NCBI GenBank assembly: GCA_002784465.1
Contig: PFLE01000011.1
Location: 3,966 to 67,965 of the forward strand
Length of the DNA: 64,000 bases
From: Candidatus Shapirobacteria bacterium CG_4_10_14_0_8_um_filter_39_15
Lineage (GTDB): Bacteria; Patescibacteriota; Microgenomatia; UM-FILTER-39-15
Direction of reading: 5' to 3'
Shown: positions 44,474 to 54,068 of the stretch, piece by piece
How the letters are laid out: each line of letters begins with the position of its first letter
Numbering within the stretch: position 1 is the stretch's first letter
Position numbers and translations under genes: made by a program
The notes under the pieces: model-generated
What the model was told of the DNA's origin: nothing
Seen by the model: only the letters and a program-made list of their open reading frames with translations
Databases searched by the model: none

Positions 44474-45367
44474 TTATTCCATTTCTTTTAAGGCTTTAAT
44501 TCTTTCCTGAATGGGCGGATGAGTATTAAATAAACTGGAAATGTTTTTTCCTTTAAACGGATTAACAATATATAAATGAGCCGTGGCCCGATTGGCTGCT
44601 TCCAAAGGTTCTTGATCAGCGGAAATCTTTTCCAAAGCGGATATTAACCCTTCCGGATATTTAGTAATCAAGACCCCGGAGGCATCGGCTAAAAACTCTC
44701 TTCTTCTGGAAATCGCCAGTTGTATTAATTGAGCGATAATCGGCGAAAGTATTGCTAGAATTATTCCGATTAAAAAAAGAATTGCTCCCATATTTCCCCT
44801 CTCTTCCCGATTATCCCGATTACCCCTAAACAATGATCCCCTGATTAACCAGTCCGCTAGTAAAGCTAACATTCCAACCAGGATCGCGACAATTGCCATT
44901 AATCGCGTATCGTAATTTCTAACATGGGATAATTCGTGGGCAACTACCCCTTCCAGTTCCGTCCGGCTTAGCTTGCTTAGCAAACCGGTGGTAGCGCAAA
45001 CAACTGCATGTTGTGGATCACGGCCGGTGGCAAAAGCGTTAGGCGCTGTATCGTCAATCACAAATAATTTAGGCATTGGCATATCGGCTCCCAGACAAAG
45101 ATTTTCCGTTACCGTGTAAAAATTGAAAAAATCCTTGCGGTTGGCCGGTTTTGCCCCGGAGATTGTCAAAATTATTTTATCGCCGTACCAATAACTGGCA
45201 AAACTCATTACGCCGGCAAATATTAAGGCAAAACCTACCATATCCAATCCATAACCAAACGCCATCGATAATGTCCAAGTCACAAAAACAATAAACGCGA
45301 TAAAAATCACGATAATAAATAAACTCCGTCGTTTATTTTGATCTACCTGCTCGTAAACGTTTATCAT
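44474..45367 (-). CDS. htpX: M48 protease HtpX homologue
   Basis: N-terminal TM helices and HELSHV (HExxH). Confidence 0.8.
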   Translation of the reverse strand: MINVYEQVDQNKRRSLFIIVIFIAFIVFVTWTLSMAFGYGLDMVGFALIFAGVMSFASYWYGDKIILTISGAKPANRKDFFNFYTVTENLCLGADMPMPKLFVIDDTAPNAFATGRDPQHAVVCATTGLLSKLSRTELEGVVAHELSHVRNYDTRLMAIVAILVGMLALLADWLIRGSLFRGNRDNREERGNMGAILFLIGIILAILSPIIAQLIQLAISRRREFLADASGVLITKYPEGLISALEKISADQEPLEAANRATAHLYIVNPFKGKNISSLFNTHPPIQERIKALKEME

Positions 45368-45954
45368 TTTTCCAGATCAACTTTAGGAGTCGTTAAATCT
45401 TCTTTAGAAACTTCCAAAGCTTCTGATTCTTCTTCGGGCAACATTAAACCCGGTTCAGCCTTAAATCCAAACATATTGGCGACAAAGTTTGAAGGGAAAG
45501 TGACGATCTTGATATTGTAATCGGCGGTCAGGTCAATCAAAGTCCGGCGCGAATACATCACTTTATCGGCCGTATCCGTAAGTTCACTCATTAGTTGACC
45601 GGTCGGACCAGCGGCTTGCAATTGAGGAGTTGATTCAAAAACGGCTCTAATCGGCCCTAAAGCGGTTTGCAATTTTTGACTCGCGTCCACTAATTTTTGG
45701 GCTTGTCCGGATTCTAAAGCACCGGCTACAGATTTTCTTGCCTCGGTAAGCTTGTCAAAAATATCCTTCTCATGCTTCATGTAGCCTTTAACCGATTCGA
45801 TTAAGTTAGGAATAAGATCGGTTTGTCTTTTCAGTTGATTGCCGATTTCCTGAATCGAAGCTTTGATCCTTGTTTTAGTTGTCTGCAAGCTATTGTAAAC
45901 AGAAACTAAATATCCAGCCACGATTAAAATAAGAATAATTGGTAAAAATATCAT
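45364..45954 (-). CDS. lemA: LemA-family protein
   Basis: N-terminal TM helix then the LemA pattern (YNSLQTTKTRIKASIQEI...). Confidence 0.8.
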   Translation of the reverse strand: MIFLPIILILIVAGYLVSVYNSLQTTKTRIKASIQEIGNQLKRQTDLIPNLIESVKGYMKHEKDIFDKLTEARKSVAGALESGQAQKLVDASQKLQTALGPIRAVFESTPQLQAAGPTGQLMSELTDTADKVMYSRRTLIDLTADYNIKIVTFPSNFVANMFGFKAEPGLMLPEEESEALEVSKEDLTTPKVDLEK

Positions 45955-45985
45955 ATATTTAACTCTTCACCTCCTCTCGTTTTTC

Positions 45986-46018
45986 GTCATTCCAGGCTTG
46001 ACCTGGAATCTATATAAT
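45986..46018. repeat. hairpin-family element H5 (GTCATTCCAGGC-TTGA-CCTGGAATCTATATAATAA)
   Basis: Intergenic, about 30 nt upstream of the lemA start, just after the polX stop. Confidence 0.55.
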
Positions 46019-46021
46019 AAT

Positions 46022-47845
46022 TTATTTATCTAACTCATCCATAAAACGATTCAAATTTAGTGTGTTGATTATATCATTCTTTTCCGCCCATCCTCTTCGG
46101 GCAACCGCCACCCCATACTTCATCATCTTCAATTGATCAACCTGATGGCTGTCGGTATTAATAATTATTTTAACACCTTTTTTTATTGCTTGAAGAACTA
46201 AATTATCCGGTAAATCCAATCTTTCCGGCCAGCAATTTATTTCCAGCCATTTGTTATTTTTTAAGCAAAAATCGAAAATTACCTCCCAGTCGAGTTCGTA
46301 GCCCTCCCGCCGATTCAACATTCGGCCGGTAGGATGACCAAAAATTTTAATTTTTGAGTGAGAAAGTGCCTTAAGAACTCGATCTGTCATTCTCGCACGG
46401 CTTAAGTTAAAACTGGAATGGATTGAAACAATGGCATAATCCAGGTATTTAAAAGCCCCTTCTGGTAGAGCTAATTTTCCGCTTGGTTGGATGTCAATTT
46501 CTAAGCCGTTTAATATCTTTATGGGTAAATTATTTGTTCTTTTTTCACTAGAGTAATTTATTTGATCAATTAAGGCTTTTTTCTTCTTTATTATGGTAAT
46601 AATTTCATTTTCTCGGTGTTGAGAGATACTCGGGTTATGTTCGCTTAAACCTACATACTCATAACCTAACCCCTCGCACTTCCTGACAATCTCTTCTATA
46701 CTGCTCCCTCCTTCATCGTGACTGGTCTCGATCGGGAAATCTGAATGAAGATGTAAATCGCCTTTTATGTCTTTCGGTTCAATAAGCTTTGGTAGACGAT
46801 GCTGCACCGCAGCCGTAATTTCTCCCTGATCCTCTCTCAATTCCGGCGGAATCCAATCTAACCCCAAAAAATCATAAAATGATTCTTCTTTTTCAAATTG
46901 GTAAATTTTTAATTTTGAATTGTAATTTTGACCTTTGAATTTTGATTTTTGACTTAAAATCTTTATTCCATGCTCTGATAGTGACATTTCATTTTTCAAA
47001 GCAAACTCTCGTAAGCTAATATTGTGTGATTTGCTTCCGGTAAAATATTGAAGCATTGCCCCATACGATTCCGGCGTTTGCAACCGAAGATCAATTTGCT
47101 TTCCGTTATCCAAAATCACTCTGACTAATGATTGCTGGCCTTGATCAAGAACTTTTCTCACCTTTGGATATCTAGTAAACCAATCAATAACTTTTTTTGG
47201 GTCGGTTGTTTCCACCGCGATGTCAATATCTCCAATGGTGCTGACCATCCGCCTTAAGCTGCCAAGGGCATCTCCCCGAATTACCGCCGGACATTGTTCC
47301 AAATAATCCAATACTTCGTGGGCCAAGGAATCGGCTACCGGCAATAACATCCGTTTTTCTTTTGTCTGGCCTTTCCTAAACCTCACAATGCCTTCCAAGA
47401 TATCTTTTTCAGTCTTTTCCCCAAATCCCTCAATTTCCCTTATCTTTCCCTTCTTTCCCATATTTTCCAAGTCGACGATCTCTTTACCTTGTCTTAGCTT
47501 TAATTCCCCGGCCAATTGATACGCTGTTTTCGGCCCTATTCCTGGAATGGCAAGCAAAACAAACATCGCTTTAGGTAGATCTTTTTTAACTTCGTCAAAA
47601 TGAGTGACCTTACCAGTCTTAAATAGCTCGTCCAGGTAAGAAGCAATGTTGGGACCAACTCCAGCCAATTGGTCTAATTTACGGTCGTCCCAAAGATCCT
47701 TTACGTCGCTGGTGGCGTGCTCGATACTGGCAGCGGCATTTTCATAAGCCATGATTTTAAATCGGTCTTCATTTTTAACAATATAGGCGGCAGCAATCTC
47801 TCGAAGCAATTCGGCAATTTCCTGATTAGTAAAAGTTTTTTTCAT
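46022..47845 (-). CDS. polX: family X DNA polymerase with C-terminal PHP domain (PolX)
   Basis: N-terminal pol-beta-like HhH region and C-terminal PHP (HLHSDFPIETSHDEGGS). 607 aa. Confidence 0.85.
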   Translation of the reverse strand: MKKTFTNQEIAELLREIAAAYIVKNEDRFKIMAYENAAASIEHATSDVKDLWDDRKLDQLAGVGPNIASYLDELFKTGKVTHFDEVKKDLPKAMFVLLAIPGIGPKTAYQLAGELKLRQGKEIVDLENMGKKGKIREIEGFGEKTEKDILEGIVRFRKGQTKEKRMLLPVADSLAHEVLDYLEQCPAVIRGDALGSLRRMVSTIGDIDIAVETTDPKKVIDWFTRYPKVRKVLDQGQQSLVRVILDNGKQIDLRLQTPESYGAMLQYFTGSKSHNISLREFALKNEMSLSEHGIKILSQKSKFKGQNYNSKLKIYQFEKEESFYDFLGLDWIPPELREDQGEITAAVQHRLPKLIEPKDIKGDLHLHSDFPIETSHDEGGSSIEEIVRKCEGLGYEYVGLSEHNPSISQHRENEIITIIKKKKALIDQINYSSEKRTNNLPIKILNGLEIDIQPSGKLALPEGAFKYLDYAIVSIHSSFNLSRARMTDRVLKALSHSKIKIFGHPTGRMLNRREGYELDWEVIFDFCLKNNKWLEINCWPERLDLPDNLVLQAIKKGVKIIINTDSHQVDQLKMMKYGVAVARRGWAEKNDIINTLNLNRFMDELDK

Positions 47846-47923
47846 TATAGCAGTCTATCATTATAACAATATGCTATCAAAAGATTGATTCTTCCTCAAG
47901 CGTATGCTATATTTTAGGCGCAA

Positions 47924-47996
47924 GGATCCGTAGTGTAATGGTTAACACATCGCCCTGTCACGGCGAAAATTACCGGTTCGAGCCCGGCCGGGTCCG
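47924..47996 (+). tRNA. tRNA-Asp (anticodon GTC)
   Basis: Acceptor GGATCCG/CGGGTCC, D-stem GTGT/ACAC, anticodon stem TCGCC/GGCGA with loop CTGTCAC, T-loop TTCGAGC. Confidence 0.85.
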
Positions 47997-48029
47997 CATC
48001 TTCTGCCCAAAGGAGGTGATATTGGGCAA

Positions 48030-48593
48030 ATGACATTAAAATCGTTTTTAAAAAATCTTAAAAAATCGGAACAGACAATTAATACTATTTTGGGAGCCTT
48101 GGTTGTTATTATAATTGGCGTTCTAATCTTTAATTATCTTCACTCGCGATCCGCAAACAATCCTGAAAGCAACTTAAGTGTTTCCGAAGAACAGCAAGGC
48201 AATCAATCGTTGAAAGAATTGCCTCAAGTTCATCAGGTTAAGACCGGTGAAAGATTGTGGGATATTGCAATTCAATATTATGGTTCCGGCTACAATTGGG
48301 TTGATATTGCTAAAGCCAATAATTTAACTAATCCGAACGTGATTACTGTTGACCAAAAATTGGTGATTCCGGCGGTTGCTGAAAAAACATTGATTTCCAC
48401 CAATACGACAACTATCCAAGGTACAACACAAATTACGAGTGATAATTATACCGTTATTCGAGGCGATAGTCTTTGGAAAATCGCAGTTAGGGCTTATGGC
48501 GACGGCTATAAATGGGTGGAAATTGCCAAAACCAATAAATTGGTTAATCCGGGAATAATTCATCCGGGCAATGTTTTGGTTTTACCAAGGTAA
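48030..48593 (+). CDS. membrane-anchored protein with two LysM peptidoglycan-binding domains
   Basis: Two LysM repeats (ERLWDIAIQYYGSGYNWVDIAKANNL..., DSLWKIAVRAYGDGYKWVEIAKTNKL...). Confidence 0.75.
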   Translation: MTLKSFLKNLKKSEQTINTILGALVVIIIGVLIFNYLHSRSANNPESNLSVSEEQQGNQSLKELPQVHQVKTGERLWDIAIQYYGSGYNWVDIAKANNLTNPNVITVDQKLVIPAVAEKTLISTNTTTIQGTTQITSDNYTVIRGDSLWKIAVRAYGDGYKWVEIAKTNKLVNPGIIHPGNVLVLPR

Positions 48594-48626
48594 ACTACAG
48601 ATCTGATATAATTACCGTGTAACAAT

Positions 48627-48701
48627 GCGGTAGTAGTTCAGTGGTAGAATGTCTCCTTCCCAAGGAGAAGGTCGCCGGTTCGAGTCCGGTCTACCGCTCC
48701 A
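48627..48701 (+). tRNA. tRNA-Gly (anticodon CCC), CCA encoded
   Basis: Acceptor GCGGTAG/CTACCGC, anticodon stem TCTCC/GGAGA with loop TTCCCAA. Confidence 0.85.
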
Positions 48702-48773
48702 GCCAATGTAGCTCAGTGGTAGAGCAGCTGTTTCGTAAACAGCAGGTCGTGGGTTCAATTCCCACCGTTGGCT
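48702..48773 (+). tRNA. tRNA-Thr (anticodon CGT)
   Basis: Acceptor GCCAATG/CGTTGGC, anticodon stem GCTGT/ACAGC with loop TTCGTAA, T-arm GTGGG-TTCAATT-CCCAC. Confidence 0.85.
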
Positions 48774-48776
48774 CAG

Positions 48777-49490
48777 ATGAAAAGATTTTATTCCCGTTTG
48801 GCTCGAAAAGAAGAAACCCGAAGCCGCCGGCAAATATTTATTTATGGTGGTTTGTCCGTTATTTTTCTCATTTGCTTGGTTATTTTTGGTATTCCGTTAT
48901 TAACAAAACTCGCTTTTGTTTTTTCTTCAAAACAAAATTCGTCGGTCACGGAAAATAGTTTACCGTTATCGGCGCCGGTTCTTAATTCCGTTCCCCAAGC
49001 AACCAATAGCGCTTCTATTTCTTTTTCCGGTATGTCCTCTGACAAAACCCAAGTGGAAATTTTCCTTAACAACGCTTTATATACGACCGTTCCGGTTAAT
49101 AATGGGTCTTTCCAGGCACAAAATATTCAACTTAATGAAGGCAACAATACTTTTTATTCTCAAGCAATTAATTCTTCCGGGGGAAAAAGCCAGCCTTCGG
49201 ATACTCTGAACATTCTTCTTAAAACCACTCTGCCTACACTAATTATCGATAAACCGGCGGATAATTCGCAATTTAGCGGTTCAAATCAGCGCAATTTGTC
49301 AATCTCTGGCAAAACCGACCCCGATTGCACGATTTCGCTTAATGATCACTTGGCTATCATGGGAAAAGACGGTAATTTTTCTTATACTTTTACTCTGAAT
49401 GAAGGCGATAATGCTTTAAAAATTGTGGCAACTGATCAAGCGGGTAACCAAACCGAAAAGGATTTAACTATTAATTATTCTTCTAATTGA
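48777..49490 (+). CDS. membrane-anchored secreted protein with Ig-like (Big) repeats
   Basis: N-terminal TM helix then two Thr/Ser/Asn-rich beta-type repeats ending ...GNNTFYSQA / ...GDNALKIVATDQAGN. Confidence 0.4.
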   Translation: MKRFYSRLARKEETRSRRQIFIYGGLSVIFLICLVIFGIPLLTKLAFVFSSKQNSSVTENSLPLSAPVLNSVPQATNSASISFSGMSSDKTQVEIFLNNALYTTVPVNNGSFQAQNIQLNEGNNTFYSQAINSSGGKSQPSDTLNILLKTTLPTLIIDKPADNSQFSGSNQRNLSISGKTDPDCTISLNDHLAIMGKDGNFSYTFTLNEGDNALKIVATDQAGNQTEKDLTINYSSN

Positions 49491-49504
49491 GTTTCTTTTT
49501 TTAA

Positions 49505-49554
49505 TCTACGTTCACACCTTAAAGGTGATCTAGCTTCGCACCTCGGGATTTTTC
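49505..49554. repeat. REP-B element copy e (TCTACGTTCACACCTTAAAGGTGATCTAGCTTCGCACCTCGGGATTTTTC)
   Basis: Same subtype as copies b and c. It supplies the last codons and the stop of the ORF 49519..50763. Confidence 0.7.
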
Positions 49555-50763
49555 ATTTATTCCAAGCAAAATCCACCACCATCCCATTATCCACGGATAA
49601 AAAAGCGTATTGGTAAAGCAGGAGTGAATAAGCAAAGCAATTAAACTGGAACGGATAATTATATCTCCTTCCCGCCAAGCAACCCTCAAAATCCCCAAAT
49701 ACCCTAACAATCCTAAAACTCCTGTGGTTGCCAAAACAAATAATAAACTCGAATCAACCCCAGCCGCCGAATGGGCCGAATCTTCGCTGATTCTTTCTTC
49801 AATAAATCCATATTTTCCCTGGGCATAGCGGTAGCTATTGAAACCAACACCCAACAATAAGTGATCGCGGGAAATCGTTAGGGCGTGTTCCCAATTAATT
49901 ATTCGGTAACGAATTGTGCTGTCGCGTTCTAGTCTTACCCCCTCTCCGCCAGGTCTTGGTAAAATTAATAATGTAATAAACAGTAATCCAACGATTTTAA
50001 AAATAAACCTTGGTTTCTTTTTAATTAACCCTAACATTCCCAAACCCCCTAAAAACCCTAAATAACTAGCTCTTGAATATGTTAAGGCCAATGCCACGTA
50101 TGTAATGATCCAGACAATGATCAGAATTTTCTTTTTATCCTGCCAAATTTTTTCCGTTAATAAAATTAAGGTTAAAACAAGAATTATTCCCAAAAATCCC
50201 GGATCAAGAAATGTGCCAATCAACCGATAATAGTGCGGGTCCCATCCGAATTGGGCCAAGAAACGGGTATCGGGCAGAAAAATATACTGAACCAAGCCCA
50301 AAATTCCGCAAACAACTCCGGCTGCTATCAATCCACTTATCACCCTGATTTTCCCCGATACTTTCCCAATATCCCTGACAACAAAATATAGTCCGGCGTA
50401 AACTATCCATCGGAAAAGATAAAGAAAAGAAATTCCAAATTGCTTCGTGGTTAAAGAAGAATAATTAACCAGCAAAGAAAATAGGCCTAAACCAAAAAAA
50501 ATTAATATCGGTTTGGTCAAAGAGGTTGAAACTCCTCTTTTTTCCCTTATCCTCCTCATCACCCACATCACCCCTACTAGTCCTACGATCACATCCGTTA
50601 AGTAAAAATGAACCAGCGAAAGTTGCGTTGACTGTGGCGGAATCCGTAACAACTGTCCAAGTGGAAATAGAAAAAGATAAAGGTATAGCAATATAAGAAC
50701 CTTGCTTTCAGCAAGAACCTTGTTTTTCGCTTCGCTCAAAATAGCAATATATTTTTTGTTCAT
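49519..50763 (-). CDS. O-antigen ligase/polymerase-like (Wzy_C) polytopic membrane protein
   Basis: About 10-12 TM helices, with a TYSRASYLGFLGGLG region typical of the O-antigen ligase family. Confidence 0.5.
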   Translation of the reverse strand: MNKKYIAILSEAKNKVLAESKVLILLYLYLFLFPLGQLLRIPPQSTQLSLVHFYLTDVIVGLVGVMWVMRRIREKRGVSTSLTKPILIFFGLGLFSLLVNYSSLTTKQFGISFLYLFRWIVYAGLYFVVRDIGKVSGKIRVISGLIAAGVVCGILGLVQYIFLPDTRFLAQFGWDPHYYRLIGTFLDPGFLGIILVLTLILLTEKIWQDKKKILIIVWIITYVALALTYSRASYLGFLGGLGMLGLIKKKPRFIFKIVGLLFITLLILPRPGGEGVRLERDSTIRYRIINWEHALTISRDHLLLGVGFNSYRYAQGKYGFIEERISEDSAHSAAGVDSSLLFVLATTGVLGLLGYLGILRVAWREGDIIIRSSLIALLIHSCFTNTLFYPWIMGWWWILLGINEKSRGAKLDHL

Positions 50764-52385
50764 ATTTTTCCTCCAAATAAATATACCTTAACTTTTGTTT
50801 GAGAATTTTGATAAAGCAATATTTTGTTTCCAAACTTTGCCGGCAATTTTTCATTGTTTCCCACCAAAATATGAGTAAAACTGGTGCCAGGCTTAGCCCA
50901 CGATTCGTGAACATAAGGAAAATCTAAATAGTATAGATTATGAATTCCATAAACCAAAACCAGATCGTCTTTTTGAATATTGTTTTTAAACCAGCCGTCA
51001 ACATCATAAAAATCTCCATAAGAAAAGTTTAAATTACGGTTTAAAAATTCGGTTTTCGTTTCTTTTCCCAATAAGTAAGGAACAAATTTTCTGGCCGCTA
51101 ACATTCTGCTTCCCATGTTTAATCCAGCAGTAAATATGACCAATGAGACGAATAAGACTAATTTATCTTTCTGTTTTTCTAATATGGAAAAAGTTACTAA
51201 GGTTAAAGCTGGTAAATAGGGAAGAAGATAACGGTTCGATTGGGTCGGTGCCAAGAAAATTGCGAGCAAAAAATATAACGCCGTAATTTTGATAGGAGCA
51301 GATTGTTTCCAAATAAAAATTAATACCAATGGTAAAAAGATCAGATAAATTGGTGAAATAATATCATCGGGTTTTAAGGTTGCCTGCCAAAGAAAAAAAG
51401 GAGCGGTTATAAAATTTTTAATAAGATCCACAATATTAGGTAGAAGCGATGGTCCAGACGAACCAGTGCAGCCGAAAGAAAACAGGAACCAGGGGCTAAC
51501 GATTAATAAAGCTAATCCGATAAATTTCCCTGCTCTCCCAACAATCCCAACTATCCCTTCTTCCTTTAATAAAAATATTAAAATTCCAAAAGCCCCCAAT
51601 GTCCCCAATGCTAAAATCTTAGTCGCCATTACCAACCCCACCATTACCGCTGATTCCCATAACCAGACATCTTTCTTGGTCTCGTTCCATCTTAAAAATA
51701 AATCCAGGGCCAAAATTTCAAAAAAGGTTCGGGCCAAATCAACATAGGTCGTCGTTGATTGCCAACCAACAATCAGCATCGTATAGAAAGTCAGAACTCC
51801 CAACAAAGCAAATCTTAAGGTTAAATATCTCCTTAACAAACCAAATAACGCCAAAAGCCCTAATAACCCAAAGAAGAAATGAATTAGTTTAGCGGCAATT
51901 TCGTTGGAAAAAAGCAGAGCCGCCGTGTAATACATTTCCGTTAAACGGGGGAGATTGGCCGGCCACATAAGCCAGCCCGGGAAAGAAAAAATCTGGTGAT
52001 GTTCAATATATAATCTCGCCGAAGTTAAGTGATACCAAAGAGCGTCAAAAGAAAGTTCCGGTGAAATCGCGCCCAGGAAGTTTATTAAAATCTGAATTCC
52101 AAGTAAACCGAGTATTACTATTATTAATTTATCTTTTTTAATTTCGGTGATAACCCTGATTTCCCCGATTTCCCTAATCACCCTGATTATCCTAAATAAA
52201 CCATAAACTAAAAAGGGGATTGTTATTAAAAAAATTTCTACTTTTCCTAATCTTCCCAAAATTCCTAATGAGAAGACCAAATATCCATAGATTCCTAAAA
52301 TTATTCCCAACTCTACCATAATCCGCCCCTTTCCCCGAGCATTAGAATATATTTTCCCATTACTAATAAAACCCATATAACCCAC
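50760..52385 (-). CDS. GT39/ArnT-like polytopic membrane glycosyltransferase
   Basis: 541 aa and highly hydrophobic. Contains the in-frame EIR-type repeat at 52154-52192. Confidence 0.4.
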   Translation of the reverse strand: MGYMGFISNGKIYSNARGKGRIMVELGIILGIYGYLVFSLGILGRLGKVEIFLITIPFLVYGLFRIIRVIREIGEIRVITEIKKDKLIIVILGLLGIQILINFLGAISPELSFDALWYHLTSARLYIEHHQIFSFPGWLMWPANLPRLTEMYYTAALLFSNEIAAKLIHFFFGLLGLLALFGLLRRYLTLRFALLGVLTFYTMLIVGWQSTTTYVDLARTFFEILALDLFLRWNETKKDVWLWESAVMVGLVMATKILALGTLGAFGILIFLLKEEGIVGIVGRAGKFIGLALLIVSPWFLFSFGCTGSSGPSLLPNIVDLIKNFITAPFFLWQATLKPDDIISPIYLIFLPLVLIFIWKQSAPIKITALYFLLAIFLAPTQSNRYLLPYLPALTLVTFSILEKQKDKLVLFVSLVIFTAGLNMGSRMLAARKFVPYLLGKETKTEFLNRNLNFSYGDFYDVDGWFKNNIQKDDLVLVYGIHNLYYLDFPYVHESWAKPGTSFTHILVGNNEKLPAKFGNKILLYQNSQTKVKVYLFGGKI

Positions 52386-52401
52386 CCTACCCTCAACACC
52401 C

Positions 52402-53175
52402 TCATTTTCCCTGCTTCCATAATAAATATAATTTAGACCTGACTAAAAATGAATGAAAACTCATTAATAAGGCAACCGCAAATCCCGGCATTCCATCCAT
52501 AAATCCCAACCGGAAAATCCAGTTTTGAAAAAACTTTCCTAACGGAAAACAAATAATTTCCAGCAAATTTGTCTTTTTGCCTTGATCATATAATTCTTTC
52601 GCCCGTAAAGTGGAATAAAAATTAACCTCTTCCAGAAATTCCGTCATGGTGGGGTGGGGGAGATGCACTAAAGGATTTTCCAATTCTCCCAAATCCTTTA
52701 CGCCTATTTCCCATCTTTCGTGGACTTTTCCTTCCCATTTCCCCGCCTCTTTTCTTCCTAGTCTCAATAATTTCACACTTCCCGCTTCTCCATGCTTTAA
52801 TTCCCTACCCCAGATCATATCCAGCCGTTTTAAATAAAAACCCGTAACTAAGGGAGATTTATAGGAAGTAACTGATTCAATTTCTCTTCTCAATTCAGGT
52901 GAAACTCTTTCATCCGCATCCACAAATAAAATCCAGTCCCCTTTCGCCTTTTCCAATCCAAAATTTCTCTGCCTGGCAAAATCCCCATCAAGTGATCTTG
53001 AAAAAATTTTTATTTTCTCGCATCCCGCTTCCCGCATCTCGCTTCTGACTATCTCCAAGGTTTTATCGTCGGAACAATCATCCACCAGCACAATCTCATC
53101 CGCCCATTTAACTGATTCCAGGCATTCCTCAATATTCCTTTCCTCATTTTTAGTAAGAATTACAACAGAAAGCAT
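52402..53175 (-). CDS. family 2 glycosyltransferase
   Basis: MLSVVILTKNEERNIEECLESV...EIVLVDDCSDDKT. Confidence 0.8.
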   Translation of the reverse strand: MLSVVILTKNEERNIEECLESVKWADEIVLVDDCSDDKTLEIVRSEMREAGCEKIKIFSRSLDGDFARQRNFGLEKAKGDWILFVDADERVSPELRREIESVTSYKSPLVTGFYLKRLDMIWGRELKHGEAGSVKLLRLGRKEAGKWEGKVHERWEIGVKDLGELENPLVHLPHPTMTEFLEEVNFYSTLRAKELYDQGKKTNLLEIICFPLGKFFQNWIFRLGFMDGMPGFAVALLMSFHSFLVRSKLYLLWKQGK

Positions 53176-53190
53176 CAGGTAGATTTTACA

Positions 53191-53991
53191 TCAATCGCGG
53201 AAAGATGCCAAAAGTTGGTTGCAAATTACCTTAATTACCAAAAGCCCCCAATATCCCCAAGCGATCGGCCTCTTAAACCAAATAATATTTTTATTTATAA
53301 AAAGCAAGTTGCTTCGTAAATTATGGCAAAGAGTAATCTTGGAATTACGGCCCGAAGTTGCACCAAGTTTATGAAAAAAAATTGATTTCGGTTCTAATTT
53401 GACAATAAACCCCGCCTTCTTTGCTCGATAACAAAAATCAGCATCTTCGTAATATAAAAAAAATCTTTCATCAAACAATCCTATCTTTTCAAAAACTTCC
53501 CGCTTAATTAAAATTACAGCACCAGAAACATAATCAAGATTTCTTGCTTTTATTTTGTTTCTTACTGTCGTTTCTTCATGATAAGTCCTTCCCGTAAATT
53601 TATTAAAATGACCCCCAAAATCATAAACGGTCTCCCCGTTCCTCTCAAATTGAAGTACCGGTCCAACAATATTTCCCTCGCTGTTTATCAAAGCTCTAAA
53701 GCTTTTTGGGGTAAATTCAATATCGTTATTTAAAAGAAGTATCTTTTCTGCACCTTTTTCTAAAGCATATTTAATTCCTACGTTCATCCCTTTAGAAAAT
53801 CCTAAGTTTTGTTTATTTTCAATAATTTTTATTTTGGGATAGTTACCAGAAATCGCATTAACTGAATTATCCTGCGAACCATTGTCAATAACAATTATGT
53901 TTTTTAGATAATCAGGTTTGTTAAATAATTTTAAACATTTTAAAGTTTCTTTTTTTCTATTATAATTTAAAATAAGAATAAAAATATTCAT
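53191..53991 (-). CDS. family 2 glycosyltransferase
   Basis: FILILNYNRKKETLKCLKL...IIVIDNGSQDNS...NLGFSKGMNVG. Confidence 0.8.
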   Translation of the reverse strand: MNIFILILNYNRKKETLKCLKLFNKPDYLKNIIVIDNGSQDNSVNAISGNYPKIKIIENKQNLGFSKGMNVGIKYALEKGAEKILLLNNDIEFTPKSFRALINSEGNIVGPVLQFERNGETVYDFGGHFNKFTGRTYHEETTVRNKIKARNLDYVSGAVILIKREVFEKIGLFDERFFLYYEDADFCYRAKKAGFIVKLEPKSIFFHKLGATSGRNSKITLCHNLRSNLLFINKNIIWFKRPIAWGYWGLLVIKVICNQLLASFRD

Positions 53992-54068
53992 ATATAAGGA
54001 TTTTATCAGAATATTCTCATATTTGCCTCTTGACAATATTATTCTACATAAATTAAGTTATATTTGTA

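Noticed and set aside
48612-48958. ORF-track entries 48612..48833 (-) and 48641..48958 (+)
   Set aside because: They are read through the tRNA-Gly/tRNA-Thr genes and are artefacts of the GC-rich tRNA sequence.
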